DNA of 64,000 nucleotides from Nitrospirales bacterium (GTDB lineage Bacteria; Nitrospirota; Nitrospiria; Nitrospirales; UBA8639): NCBI GenBank assembly GCA_965203295.1, contig CBDBCZ010000017.1, positions 768,001 to 832,000 of the forward strand, read 5' to 3'. Shown piece by piece: positions 62,777 to 64,000 of this stretch (position 1 is its first letter; each line of letters starts with the position of its first letter). The notes under the pieces were generated by a model. It saw only the letters and a program-made list of their open reading frames with translations, ran no database searches and was not told where the DNA came from. The position numbers and the translations under genes were made by a program.

Positions 62777-64000
62777 TACAGTGTACCAGTCTAGGGATGC
62801 ACAGACAATTTGAAAACAGTGGATACTACACTCGAGACAATAACCTGCAGTGTGCTGAGTTGAGCAGCTACACATACATTTACCGACCGTAACCAATAGA
62901 TACATGTACACGAAATAGACACTTGTTTGGTTATTGCTTCCCTGTTTTGGTGCATGTGCATCTATTTCAAAGACACTGTACATTTGTGCTTCCATTTAAG
63001 TACCTGTATGCTTTCAAGAGACTAGACAACTTCCCTCATTACCTAACAAGCCAGTTTATGTATACATACATATACAGTGAGGAGTGTAAGTCGAGAAGTG
63101 TGACATGCATCTACATGTACATGTATGAGACTAAGCATGCACAGCGAAACCCCTCTTAAAGGACACCCCCCGAAAAAAGTGTATTAACAAAATTAAGGAC
63201 ACTTTACTACATGTATGTCTCCAAATATGCTTTCTCAATATAAATTTACCCCTGAAATGAGGACACCTCTCTATACAGGACACCCCACCAGATCCCCAAG
63301 GTGTCTACATTAGAGCTGTTCCTCTGTGTGGCTGGTAGGCAGTCTGTAAGCTGATCAACGGCCATTAACATACATGCAGGGTTCTGTCCACACTGGTCGG
63401 CAGTGGTCGGGTCTAACCATCACTGAGCTTTTATGACCACCACTCAGCTAATGTTTAACTCGATTTACAGCATTTTTAATATGGGAGAAAGTTCATTTAG
63501 CTATATAGAAGTGTCTTGGAGATTGAATTTTGACCACCACTCAACGCCTCCTAGGCAGAACCCTGTACATGTACGTGTAGATAGGGTCTATGCTGTTAGT
63601 TAGCCACCTCCAAATATTCACTCAATGTGAGCCTGGTACCAAGATCCGGGATTCTAGGTAGGTGATCCTGACAACCCCAATCTCGGCCTCCGAAAGGAAT
63701 CTGAACGTTGAGACTATTAAAGACTTACGTCAATTTGTTTCTCCAGTTTCGTCTACCCTTAAAATAACTGCTCGATAACAACGTAATTCTTCTATAGCCC
63801 TAATAAAGTCTTCAGTCCTTTCTAGACTAAATAAATAATAGATCAACAGAAAAAAAAAACACGGCACGGTGAATATATACTTAAAACTAATGAAAAATAT
63901 GTCACCTAACCCTGGCCTTAACCCTACCCTAAACTTCGCAGAAGCCTAATTCTTGCGGTGCTGTTTATTTCAGTTGGCCCTAAATATTATTCAAACCAAT

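Overview
Intron-rich eukaryotic animal DNA, probably a demosponge (inferred from gene content, death-fold sequence style and repeat landscape; not provable from the window). Conserved genes reconstructed exon by exon: CUEDC2 (+, 12630-16814), RAB21 (-, 41544-47080) and cortactin (-, 47463-61896, 16 exons). Lineage-specific genes: a secreted Cys-rich protein running off the left edge (-, <1-883, absent from the ORF track), a CARD/death-fold-like exon (1955-2285), an NHR(neuralized)-coiled-coil-TKL kinase (7691-11862, one GC-AG intron) and an orphan gene nested antisense in cortactin. Best candidate for an undescribed system is the duplicated 17-41 kb block. It holds a head-to-head pair of long helical proteins, each with a central Gly-rich hydrophobic segment (358 aa and 481 aa, an architecture like ClyA/XaxAB/Nhe alpha-pore-forming toxins), sharing a 430-bp promoter with a duplicated kB-like 27-mer. 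It also holds an N-myristoylation-motif 214-aa gene, a chimeric copy of one partner and a decayed copy of the other. Mobile DNA includes AcademH-type elements (9-bp TSDs, RecQ-helicase relic), piggyBac-, Tc1/mariner- and hAT-like MITEs, an RLE non-LTR fragment, a tRNA-derived repeat and a minimal hammerhead ribozyme.
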